Of a stretch of DNA of 64,000 nt, positions 9,749 to 18,663 are shown one piece after another. Numbering within the stretch: the first letter of the stretch is position 1; every line of letters begins with the position of its first letter. The notes under the pieces were generated by a model that saw only the letters and a program-made list of their open reading frames with translations, was not told the origin of the DNA and searched no databases. This DNA is from Spirochaetia bacterium (GTDB taxonomy: Bacteria; Spirochaetota; Spirochaetia; SZUA-6; Bin103): positions 2,304,001 through 2,368,000 of the forward strand of contig CBDBDQ010000005.1 in NCBI GenBank assembly GCA_965203905.1, in the 5' to 3' direction. A program made the position numbers and the translations under genes.

Positions 9749-10978
9749 TCAGGCGGCTGTCGAGCGGCTAACCCGGTGCTCGGGATCATACGGCGTTCGA
9801 TTACGCAACATCGCGCAGGCCACCTTCAGCAGCCGGTCCGAGACGGTTCGCAGGGCGCGGGCATGGCGCTGGCCGCGCCCGCGCAGCTCGGCATACCGCT
9901 CCCGACTCGCCGCATCGTGCTGGATCGCCACCCGCGCCCAGTGATACATCGCTTCCCGCAGCCGCTTGTTGCACGCACGTCGCATCATCACCACGCAGCT
10001 CTTCCCCGACCGCCAAGTCACCGGCGCCACTCCGGTCAGGATGCGCAACGTGTGATAGTCTCGTGCTGCCAGGGCCTGCGTGGCCTCTGCGAGCAGCGTG
10101 GCGAGCACGATCCGACCGATTCCGGGCATGGAGCGTAGGATGGACACGTCACGCTGCTCTTCTGGTTCTGCCGAGTCGTCGTTGGCCACGATTTCGGCGA
10201 CTAATTCGTCCAGACGAGCGTGCGCCTGGTCGATCAGCTCGGTCACCGGTCGCAGCCGCACTATGACGCTCTCGATGTGCGCCTTCGCCGCCGCTGTCGT
10301 GCCGCGGCTTACCTGCAGCGGCTGCTGCCGCAGGATGTGCAGCACTCCGGCAGCATTGTGGCGTCGGATGCGGTTTCTCTTCAGGATCGCCGCGATCGAC
10401 GCCTTGCGGATCCGCGCTGCCTCCGCCGGCGTCGGTGCCTTCTCCCACAGCTCCAGGAACCAGGCGGCACCGAGATCACCGCCCAACTCCAGCATCTGCG
10501 GATAGTAGCGGCGCAGTTGCTCGCGCATGCGATTGATCAGCCGGTTGCGTTCCTGCTTCAACTCCTCCCTCATGCGCGACCATTCCCGCAACTCGATCAC
10601 CTCCGCTGCCTCCACCTGCAACTGGCGAAAACTACGCCGATCGGTGCGCAGCGAGTCTGCCAACACCCGCGCGTCGCGGCGGTCGTCCTTGGCCCCGGCC
10701 GCCGTAAACCGGTCGCGAAATCGATCCAGCTGCTTGGGATTGATCGCGTACACCTGCACCTCGCGCTGCAGCAGCATCTCCACCACCGCTCCATGCGGCA
10801 TTTCGATCGCCGCGTGCACGCTCGCCAAGTGCCCGCCGGACAGCTCTTCCAACCATGCGCACAGGTCGGCGATGCCGGCGCCGCTGTGCGCCACCTGGCG
10901 CTCCCCGATTACCTTGCCGTCTCCTTCGAGCACGCACACCTGATGCTGTTCGGTCGCCCAATCGACTCCCACGAACAC
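9749..10978 (-). CDS. IS110 family transposase/recombinase
   Basis: FVGVDWA DEDD N-terminus, GAKDDRRDA, SMPGIG and GVAPVTWRSG catalytic Ser region. Confidence 0.95.
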   Translation of the reverse strand: MFVGVDWATEQHQVCVLEGDGKVIGERQVAHSGAGIADLCAWLEELSGGHLASVHAAIEMPHGAVVEMLLQREVQVYAINPKQLDRFRDRFTAAGAKDDRRDARVLADSLRTDRRSFRQLQVEAAEVIELREWSRMREELKQERNRLINRMREQLRRYYPQMLELGGDLGAAWFLELWEKAPTPAEAARIRKASIAAILKRNRIRRHNAAGVLHILRQQPLQVSRGTTAAAKAHIESVIVRLRPVTELIDQAHARLDELVAEIVANDDSAEPEEQRDVSILRSMPGIGRIVLATLLAEATQALAARDYHTLRILTGVAPVTWRSGKSCVVMMRRACNKRLREAMYHWARVAIQHDAASRERYAELRGRGQRHARALRTVSDRLLKVACAMLRNRTPYDPEHRVSRSTAA

Positions 10979-10995
10979 TGTTCGTCGCCTGCCAT

Positions 10996-11225
10996 ACTAC
11001 CCCCGAGAATCGTCTGTAGCTCGGCTGCCACGATGTCGTTTCCGCCCCTGTACTGGTGCTCCCGGCCTCCGGTGCTCCTGCAACCTCACGCCTTGGCACT
11101 ACTCCTCACTGGGTATCCATCGCGGCTCTCCCACCGGGGCACACGTCCCCCCCCCAGGTGCTCGCTGGCGCTCGGGGGGCCAAGGTGCTCCCGGCAGGTT
11201 GCCTTGCCCGCCCGGGATTCTAGCA
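10996..11225 (-). ncRNA. Putative IS110 bridge RNA
   Basis: Non-coding left end with GAGCACC x4; contains C6 and G9 runs plus GTGAGGAGT and GTACAGGGG, which match the target and donor junctions. Confidence 0.7.
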
Positions 11226-11367
11226 GTCCCCGACGAACTATCGAACTATCTACTGTTTAAAAGGGTACAGGGGGGGTAGAACGCACCGGTTGCGCGGTCT
11301 TCAACCGGCAGCCGCGCTGACGGGATCCTCAATCGGTGCACATGCGCTCCCAATCCCACGTCGGCAA

Positions 11368-11396
11368 AGTGTCACACACGTACGGCCACCTGTCAA
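11368..11396 (-). promoter_or_regulatory. Sigma70-like promoter of ABC operon copy 1 (displaced)
   Basis: TTGACA-17-GACACT preceded by TG; same arrangement as 17455-17483. Confidence 0.65.
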
Positions 11397-11423
11397 ACCT
11401 GTCAATGAACAGTAGTCGGTGGT

Positions 11424-11555
11424 CTATTGCATTCGGAGCACCTTGATGACGCGGTCGCGTTCAAGGACTTGGTACACGAGGCGGTGCTGGATGTTGATCC
11501 GGCGCGAATTCGCTCCGGTCAGATCGCCAATCAGTTTCTCGAACGGTGGCGGGTT
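11424..11555 (-). pseudogene. C-terminal half of a YoeB/Txe toxin
   Basis: NPPPFEKLIGDLTGANSRRINIQHRLVYQVLERDRVIKVLRMQ*; no N-terminus and no antitoxin. Confidence 0.85.
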
Positions 11556-11599
11556 GCAGCCGGGAACGGTTCCCGACGGCCGCGGCGCTGGGCAGTCCC

Positions 11600-12448
11600 C
11601 TACCAGGTGACGTAGTGCGGCGACGGGCCGAGTCGCTGGAGGTGCAGGGGCAGCAGCTCGTTCGGCAGCCCGTGGATCCGGTCTGCGGCGGCGATCCTGG
11701 TGCAGATCACGCTGTTGCGGTACTTGCGCGCCTGCTTCAGATCAGTCGAGCGGACCTGGCTGGTCGGCAGAATGCGCCCATGGACCTCCATGTCGTTGAT
11801 CGCGGTGAGGTACCCCCCATGCACCAGGTAGCGGTCGAACGCTTCGATCAAGGCCGCGGCGTCGCCACGTGAGTCGGCGATGCCCTTGAGATCGAGGTAC
11901 TCCGCGAACGACAGCGGGTAGAGGTGAAAGTCGACGCGCGGTGCCCGATCTCGGCGTCCCGGGAGACGGGTGCGCGCTTCCCGGATAATGACGGAATCGG
12001 AGCCGGTCAGAACCAGAACCACGTCGTCGAGCAACCCCGCGTCCGCGAGGAACTTGACACCGCGGTCCCAGTCGCGGATGTAGGTGACCGCGTCCACGAT
12101 CAGGTAGGCCGGCAGCGCCGGTGACCGGTCCGGGGCAACCCGCGTGAGCAGCGAAACCAGCGCGTGGTGGTCGTCGATAAGCTCCCCGGTCAGATAGAGA
12201 ATGCGCTGTGGCTGCACGCCTGCGTGCAACAGGTCGGCCATCCACTGCTTGAGGACCGTCGACTTGCCCACCCGACGACCACCGGTGATCGAGTACACCC
12301 CCGGCTGATCAACGGGGAGGTGTGCCAGGATGGGGTAGCGGTAGGCGATGGGCAGCCGTTGCAGTTCCCGGAGTTGCGGATCCATGGTGCGGAACAACGC
12401 CGGATCGTCGAGATGCAGGTTGTGAGGGGCAAAGCGCGGGTCGACCAC
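11600..12448 (-). pseudogene. AAA_14/DUF4143 ATPase, apparently internally deleted
   Basis: GGRRVGKS Walker A, LTGS, YPLSFAEY and HGGY, then jumps to a C-terminal-like segment; Walker B reads DA rather than DE. Confidence 0.7.
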
Positions 12449-12496
12449 TGTGATTTCAGATAATTATCCTCCATGGGCAATCTACCCTACGGCAGC

Positions 12497-12632
12497 ATAC
12501 TTTACGTCGGCCGCCTTTTCTTGCGGCCACGGCAAGAACCCGCAGGTCAAGCCGGTGTACGTGGCGAGTATCCGCTCGTTGCTCGCGTCCCATGCGGATG
12601 ACTTGCAGAAACTGCCGGGAGGTCAGAAGTGA
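12497..12632 (+). pseudogene. C-terminal remnant of a HicA-like toxin
   Basis: FSCGHGKNPQVKPVYVASI; TGATG overlap with hicB; no convincing N-terminus. Confidence 0.55.
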
Positions 12633-13006
12633 TGAAGAGGCTCAACCCGTATGCGTACAACATCACGGTGCGGGAGTGCGTGTTCGAAGGCCAACCATTG
12701 TTCGAGGCTCGCGTCAAGGAGCTGCCGGACGTTCGGGAATATGCGGAGTCCGCACAGGAAGCCTACGATCTGACCATCGACACCATCGAGACGGCAGCCG
12801 GGATGTTTGCCGAGACCGGCCGGCCGTTCCCGCCCCCGACCAGCCCGCAGGATGAGTTCAGCGGCCGCGTTACGCTGCGCATTCCCAGAAGCCTGCATCG
12901 TGCGCTGGCGAGCGCGGCCGAAGACGAGGGTGTGAGCCTCAACCAACACCTCGTCACGGCCCTGACCCGCCTACACGCGAGTGCTGGCGCCAAGCGGCAC
13001 GGATAG
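12632..13006 (+). CDS. HicB family antitoxin
   Basis: ARVKELPD...FSGRVTLRIPRSLHRALASAAEDEGVSLNQ. Confidence 0.9.
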   Translation: MKRLNPYAYNITVRECVFEGQPLFEARVKELPDVREYAESAQEAYDLTIDTIETAAGMFAETGRPFPPPTSPQDEFSGRVTLRIPRSLHRALASAAEDEGVSLNQHLVTALTRLHASAGAKRHG

Positions 13007-13080
13007 GGAGCCGCCACGCCGGCGAAGATCGCCGTCGCTGGCCGATGCGGCGCAGGCCGATGCCGTGCGGAACGCCACAC

Positions 13081-13196
13081 CTCGCTACGGATCGCGAGCG
13101 CAGGTTGGTCTCGATACCGCTGGAGTGAAGCTGCTCTTGGATCAGAACCTGGCGCCTCGCCTGGTCGGCAAGCTCAAGCATCTCGCGCTTCGCTGA
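13081..13196 (+). pseudogene. Junction scrap of a DUF433-DUF5615 TA operon
   Basis: ATDRERRLVSIPLE* overlapping (GTGA) MKLLLDQNLAPRLV..., truncated after 23 codons. Confidence 0.7.
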
Positions 13197-13277
13197 GTGC
13201 CCGAGCCGGAATAGCGCCGGCAGCCGGCTCAGTTTCCTTGACAGCGCCCAGCCAGCCAGCCGCAATCCGGTCAGCGG

Positions 13278-14210
13278 TCAGAGGCGGCCGACGCTGCCGC
13301 GCAGGCGGGGGTCGAGCAGGTCGCGCAGCGCGTCGCCGAACATGTTGATGCTGTAGACCACGATGGTCAGGCACAGGCCCGGCCAGATCGCCAGTCGCGG
13401 CGCCATCTCCATGTACTGGCGGCCTTCCCGGCTCAGCATACCGCCCCAGCTCGGTACCCCGGGCGGGAGGCCGAACCCCAAGAAGCTCAAGGACGCCTCC
13501 GCCACGATGATGCTGCCGATGGTGATCGAGAAGATCACGATGATCGGCGCCATGATGTTGGGCAGCACGTGCCGCAGCAGGGTCCGTGTGGTGCGTTCGC
13601 CGATCGCCTCGGCCGCCCGAAAGTAGTCGTTCTCCTTGATGCCGATCACCGCGCCGCGCACCACCCGCGAATTGCTGATGCCGGACGATACCCCCAGAAT
13701 CACGATGATCTGCAGCAGCCCCTGCCCCGCGATCGACATGATGGTCAGCAACAGCAGCAGCCCCGGGAACGACATCCAGGCATCGACGAATCGCTGCACC
13801 AGCAGATCCAGCTTGCCGCCGATGAACCCCGCGCTGCCGCCGATCAGCACCGCAACCACCACGTGCAGCGTGGTCGCTGCCAGGCCGACGAACAGCGAGA
13901 TGCGCGCCCCGTAGATCAGCCGGCTCAGGAAGTCCCGCCCGAGTTGATCGGTGCCCAGCGGATACTCGCCCGACGGGCCCTGCAGCCGGTCGGCCAGCGT
14001 CATCTGGTTGGGATCGTGCCCCGCCAGGGACGATGCGAAGATGCTGACCAGGACCAGCACCAGCAGCACCACGCCACCGAACGCACCCAGGGGCTGCTCC
14101 TTGATGAATCGTCGCGGCAACCCGCCCAGGAACAACCGGCGCCCCGGTCGCTTCGGCGCCGCGGCGGCTGCCCGTTCCGCGGCTCGTTCGTCCGTCACCC
14201 GTTCGGCCAT
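13278..14210 (-). CDS. ABC permease (DppC-like), copy 2
   Basis: Near-identical paralog of 3184-4122. Confidence 0.95.
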   Translation of the reverse strand: MAERVTDERAAERAAAAAPKRPGRRLFLGGLPRRFIKEQPLGAFGGVVLLVLVLVSIFASSLAGHDPNQMTLADRLQGPSGEYPLGTDQLGRDFLSRLIYGARISLFVGLAATTLHVVVAVLIGGSAGFIGGKLDLLVQRFVDAWMSFPGLLLLLTIMSIAGQGLLQIIVILGVSSGISNSRVVRGAVIGIKENDYFRAAEAIGERTTRTLLRHVLPNIMAPIIVIFSITIGSIIVAEASLSFLGFGLPPGVPSWGGMLSREGRQYMEMAPRLAIWPGLCLTIVVYSINMFGDALRDLLDPRLRGSVGRL

Positions 14211-15166
14211 CAGCGATACCTGACCCGCGGATCCAGAACGGCATAGAACAGGTCGACAATCAGGTTGATTGCCATCACCGAGGCCGCGAACGTCAGGTTT
14301 ACGCCGGAGACCACTGGGTAGTCCCGGTCGGTGAGCGCGTCCAGCATGAGGCGACCGAGCCCCGGCAGGCTGAAGATGCTCTCCATGATCACCGAGCCGC
14401 CGATCAGCATCGGCATCTGCAGGCCGATCAGGGTGACCACCGGGATCAGGGCGTTCTTGATCGCGTGCCTGACGATTACGACCCGCTCTTGCAGGCCCTT
14501 GGACCAGGCGGTCCTGACGTAGTCCTGCCTGAGCACCTCCAGCATCATGGTGCGCGTCATCCGCATTGTGGCTGCCGCCAGGTAGGTGCCGAGAATCAGG
14601 CCGGGCACGATGAACACGCCGACACTGCCCAGCGGGTCGTCACGGAATCGCACGATCGTCAACGGCGGCGACCAGGCCCACCAGATGGCGGGAAAGGTCA
14701 GGATCAACGTCGCCAGCCAGAAGTTGGGGGTCGCCAGGCCGATGATGGCGACCGATCGCCCGACGTAGTCGGCGGCCGTATTGCGACGCATCGCCGAGTA
14801 GATGCCGACCGGCAGCCCGATCAGCAGCCCGATCACGATCGCCATCACTCCCAGCTCGAGGGTTGCCGGCAACCTGCCTAGTATCTTCTCCTCGACCCGC
14901 CAGTCGCCCAGGAGGGAATTGCCCAGTGTGCCGCGCAGGAAGATATCCCCCAGCCAGCGTCCATACTGCACGTACACCGGCTGGTCCAATCCCAACATCC
15001 GCTCGACCGCTTCACGGTCTATGTCGCCGGTCACGTACTGCATCTTCCCCGCCAGCGCATCTACGGCATCGCCCGGCAGGAAACGCACCGACAGGAATAC
15101 CAGCATCGACAACAGCAGGAAGGTGGGTATCAGCAGCAGAACGCGGCGGATGACATACGCTCTCAT
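14210..15166 (-). CDS. ABC permease (DppB-like), copy 2
   Basis: Paralog of 4122-5081. Confidence 0.95.
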   Translation of the reverse strand: MRAYVIRRVLLLIPTFLLLSMLVFLSVRFLPGDAVDALAGKMQYVTGDIDREAVERMLGLDQPVYVQYGRWLGDIFLRGTLGNSLLGDWRVEEKILGRLPATLELGVMAIVIGLLIGLPVGIYSAMRRNTAADYVGRSVAIIGLATPNFWLATLILTFPAIWWAWSPPLTIVRFRDDPLGSVGVFIVPGLILGTYLAAATMRMTRTMMLEVLRQDYVRTAWSKGLQERVVIVRHAIKNALIPVVTLIGLQMPMLIGGSVIMESIFSLPGLGRLMLDALTDRDYPVVSGVNLTFAASVMAINLIVDLFYAVLDPRVRYR

Positions 15167-15244
15167 ATCGTCGTGGAAAATGGGGCACCGGGAACCGCGA
15201 GGCTCCCGGTGCCTTCTCTGCAGGCAGAACGAGCGCGGAAGAGC

Positions 15245-17029
15245 TTAGAAGCCCATCTCCCGCTTCAGATCCTGGTCGACCCAGACGCGGGTCAAGAGCG
15301 TAGAGAAATTGCCTTCTCCGATTCGGATCTCGCCGTTATAGCCCTTGATCCAAGGCTGGGCGACGTTGAACTGCGCGCCTACCGGACCGGTGATAATCCA
15401 GTGCTGTTCTGCGATGCGCATATTCGCCGCCTTGAGCAACCGATTCTGCTCTTCAATAGTGGGAGCCGCGTTGGCGGCATTCCAGAGAGCGTCATATTCC
15501 GAATCGTCATGTGCGACCGGGTTCCAGATGGACTCGGTGGTGAAGGAACGCGATTGACCGATCGCGTCATACGTGAGACCTGATGTCCAGGCGACCAATC
15601 CGTCTGAACTATTCTCATGCAAGAACACCGTGTGTTGCGTACCGTCGATAGGCTGGATCTCGACTTCCACGCCAATCTCACGCCAGTAGTTCGCAGCCAG
15701 CTCCGCGTAGTTGAGATCGAACCGATTCAGGTAGTCCAGACGGGTCGTGAAGCCATCGGGATAGCCTGCTTCAGCCAGCAGTTGCTTCGCCCCTTCCGGG
15801 TCATACCGGTAGTATGGCTTGATCTCTTCAGGCCACTCTTCGAATGGCGTGCCAATCCCCAGCTTGGCATTGTTCAAGAACGCCTGCGGCGTCGGATCGG
15901 CCATACCGCTGAAGAAGGTCGCACTGATCGTCTCCAGATCCAGCGCCATCTGCATGGCCCGTCGCACGCGGATGTCATTGAATGGCGGTTTGTTAATATT
16001 GTTGGGCGCAAATGCGTGTTCGCTGCGGAACTCGTAGGTCCACGTATTGATCTCGGGATTGGTCTGGTGCAGGCTCTTTACCTGATCGATAGACCTCAAT
16101 TGAGAGTCGCCGACGGTCCCCAGCACATCCACCTTCCCCGACCGCAGCGCGGCCAGACGCGCCGCAGGATCCGTCATGATGAGGGCGTTTATCTCGTCGA
16201 CGTAGGGCAAGCGGTTGTGCGGGAACTTCTCATCGAACCCCCAGTAGTCGGGAGCCCGGGTCCACTTCAGAGAGGCGCCTTCGACCACGTCCGTCAGCTC
16301 CATCGGCCCCGTGCCGACCAGGTTCCTCCAGTCCTTGATGTCGCCGTGTTCCTGGATGACCTCCGGAGGGTAGATCACGGATGTCCACCAGTCGAAGATT
16401 TTCTGCAGGGCGTTAACGTCCGGGTTCGTCAGCTTGAAGACAACCGTGCTAGCGTCGGTCGCCGTCACGGACTCAACGATTTTTTCGATCCCAGCGGCGC
16501 CGGTGCCGGCTTCGGTGAAGCCGCTGCCCAGCCCATAGATACGATGAAAGTTGAACTCGACATCGCTGGCGGTCAGCTCCCGGCCGTTCATCGGTGCCTT
16601 GTCGTGCCAGTGAACGCCCTGGCGGATGTGGACGACGATCGTGGTCGCGTCGGGTGTGTCCCAGCTTTCCGCCAACGCCCCTCGGAGGACAGAAAAGGGC
16701 TGATCCCAGCTCCGCCAGTCATATTCGTTCCTGTCTATCGCCCAGTCCCCGATGACGAGCTTCTCGATCACCTCGCTGATCCAGTGGTGGGCGAAGCCGC
16801 CAATGTACCAGACGTCCGTATGCTCACCCAGGTTGGCCCGGGCATAGGTGATGGTTCCGCCATAGCGCGGGGCCTCCACCATCTCGCCGGTGGATGGGTC
16901 GAGCACCATCTCCTTCTCCATCGCCGCGGCCGGCTCCTCTTCCCCGGCCGGACTGGCCCAGATGCCGGTCGCGACCAGGGCAAACACGAGCACAGCCACG
17001 AAGGGGTGTGCAATTCTTGGAAGATTCAT
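15245..17029 (-). CDS. ABC solute-binding protein, family 5, copy 2
   Basis: Paralog of 5160-6944; GGAGAG RBS; signal peptide. Confidence 0.95.
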   Translation of the reverse strand: MNLPRIAHPFVAVLVFALVATGIWASPAGEEEPAAAMEKEMVLDPSTGEMVEAPRYGGTITYARANLGEHTDVWYIGGFAHHWISEVIEKLVIGDWAIDRNEYDWRSWDQPFSVLRGALAESWDTPDATTIVVHIRQGVHWHDKAPMNGRELTASDVEFNFHRIYGLGSGFTEAGTGAAGIEKIVESVTATDASTVVFKLTNPDVNALQKIFDWWTSVIYPPEVIQEHGDIKDWRNLVGTGPMELTDVVEGASLKWTRAPDYWGFDEKFPHNRLPYVDEINALIMTDPAARLAALRSGKVDVLGTVGDSQLRSIDQVKSLHQTNPEINTWTYEFRSEHAFAPNNINKPPFNDIRVRRAMQMALDLETISATFFSGMADPTPQAFLNNAKLGIGTPFEEWPEEIKPYYRYDPEGAKQLLAEAGYPDGFTTRLDYLNRFDLNYAELAANYWREIGVEVEIQPIDGTQHTVFLHENSSDGLVAWTSGLTYDAIGQSRSFTTESIWNPVAHDDSEYDALWNAANAAPTIEEQNRLLKAANMRIAEQHWIITGPVGAQFNVAQPWIKGYNGEIRIGEGNFSTLLTRVWVDQDLKREMGF

Positions 17030-17069
17030 GCTGATCTCTCCAGACTCTTGATTGTGAGAGCGCTGTCGG

Positions 17070-17450
17070 GGCGAGTTGCCTTTCGCTGCCACTCTCGCGC
17101 CCGCAACGCAGGCGGCCAGACAGCGACGGCAATCTCTGGTGGTCACGCGCGCGGCATGACCGTCATGAACTCAGGCCGCGCGCGTGGTGCGGTTCTTTGA
17201 GTATCAGCTTGCACCTCCGTGTTGCCCGGATTTCCGGAGTTCGACGCCGAGCGCGCGGCCGCGAAGCACGCGCAGGTCGGCGGCGGTCCCGGTAGTTGAC
17301 GGAGTGGTCTGGTATGTGACGGAGTGATGCCGAAGGCGCGACGCACGCCGCCCGGTCAGTTGAGCGTTAGTTGCCAATTGCACCATCTTCAGCCGCAAGC
17401 CGCGCTGAAGGGGTTGGTTACCGGTGCACATGCGCTCGCATCCCCCTTCG
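17070..17450 (-). ncRNA. Candidate structured 5' leader RNA, copy 2 (intact)
   Basis: About 420 nt between promoter and ATG; stems conserved with copy 1. Confidence 0.5.
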
Positions 17451-17454
17451 GCAG

Positions 17455-17483
17455 AGTGTCACACCCGTGTGGCCACCTGTCAA
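17455..17483 (-). promoter_or_regulatory. Sigma70-like promoter of ABC operon copy 2
   Basis: TTGACA-17-GACACT preceded by TG. Confidence 0.65.
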
Positions 17484-17616
17484 ATGACACGGAATCCCGT
17501 CCCGTCCTGCAGAGCCATCTCGATAAGATGTCCTGCTGCGGGTCGGCGCGGCGGCAGCGACTACGGCTGTAATGCGGAACCCGAGATAACGCGGAGTCAC
17601 ACGACTGGGAGGGACC

Positions 17617-18567
17617 ATGACGCCGGAACAGATAGAGCGACGCTCGATCATCATCACCATCGTCGCAAGTGTTTCGTTCGGGCTGATCGGGGTGGTGATC
17701 TCGCTCGCCAGCCAGTCTGGGGCGGTGTTCCTGGACGGCGTCTTCTCGCTCATCTTCGCCGTCGTGGGGCTGCTCACCCTGTACGTCTCCGGGCTGGTGC
17801 AGCGCCCGAGCGACGAGCAGTATCCGTTCGGCTACGCCACCTTCGAGCCGATGCTGAACCTGTTCAAGGGTATCCTCATCACCCTGGCGCTGCTGTACGC
17901 GCTGTGGAGCGCGGTCACGGCGCTGATGACCGGCGGGCAGGAGGTGGCAGCGGTCGGCGGCATCGTCTACGCCGCGATTGCCGTCTCCGGAGGCGCCGCG
18001 CTGGCCGTGGTGCTGCGCAAGCTGGCGCAGCGGTCGGGATCGCCCATCGTGCAGGTGGATGCGCAGAACGCGGTGATCGACACCCTGATCAGCGGCTCCG
18101 TGGGGGTCGCGTTCGTGGCCACGCTGCTGCTGCAGAACTCCCGCTGGTCGTCGTTGGCGCGCTACGCCGATCCGGTGATCATGCTCGCCATCGCGGCAAT
18201 TGCGGCACCGCAGCCGATCCGCGTGATCCGCAGCAACTGGCGGCAGATCCTGGGGCGGGCACCGGAGCGCGCAATACAGGAACGGGTCGCCACGCTGGTC
18301 GACGAAGTGCTGCTGAGCGTGCCGCACTCGGAGACCCACCTGCGGCTTACCGAGATGGGGCGGTACCTGTACATCCATCTGTACGTGATCGTGCCGGAGA
18401 ACGCGCCGAAGCCGATCGACACCCGCCTGCACGACCGCATCAGGCAGCAGATCTACGATTCGATCGTGGCGGAGTACCCCTATCTGGCGCTGGACATCGG
18501 CTTCACCATGGACCGGCGCTGGGCGTTGAGCAGCGCGCCGACCGAGGGTCGCGCCGGCACCTCTTAG
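17617..18567 (+). CDS. Cation diffusion facilitator family transporter
   Basis: SGAVFLDGVFS and YPFGY motifs; about six TM segments plus cytosolic C-terminus. Confidence 0.85.
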   Translation: MTPEQIERRSIIITIVASVSFGLIGVVISLASQSGAVFLDGVFSLIFAVVGLLTLYVSGLVQRPSDEQYPFGYATFEPMLNLFKGILITLALLYALWSAVTALMTGGQEVAAVGGIVYAAIAVSGGAALAVVLRKLAQRSGSPIVQVDAQNAVIDTLISGSVGVAFVATLLLQNSRWSSLARYADPVIMLAIAAIAAPQPIRVIRSNWRQILGRAPERAIQERVATLVDEVLLSVPHSETHLRLTEMGRYLYIHLYVIVPENAPKPIDTRLHDRIRQQIYDSIVAEYPYLALDIGFTMDRRWALSSAPTEGRAGTS

Positions 18568-18663
18568 CCCGCCGGCGAAACCGCGACGGATAACCCGTAG
18601 GCTGCGGCCCGGCAGTGCGCCATCGCGGCGCGGCCACTCCCGTCACTCCGCTTTGGGTCCGCG

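Larger units (their letters stand above)
7373..11269 (-). mobile_element. IS110-family element with cargo in its right end
   Basis: Bounded by G7 runs (7366-7372, 11270-11276); right end TTGACA...GTGAGGAGT, left end TGTACCCT; both ends match segments of the non-coding region upstream of the transposase. Confidence 0.8.
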
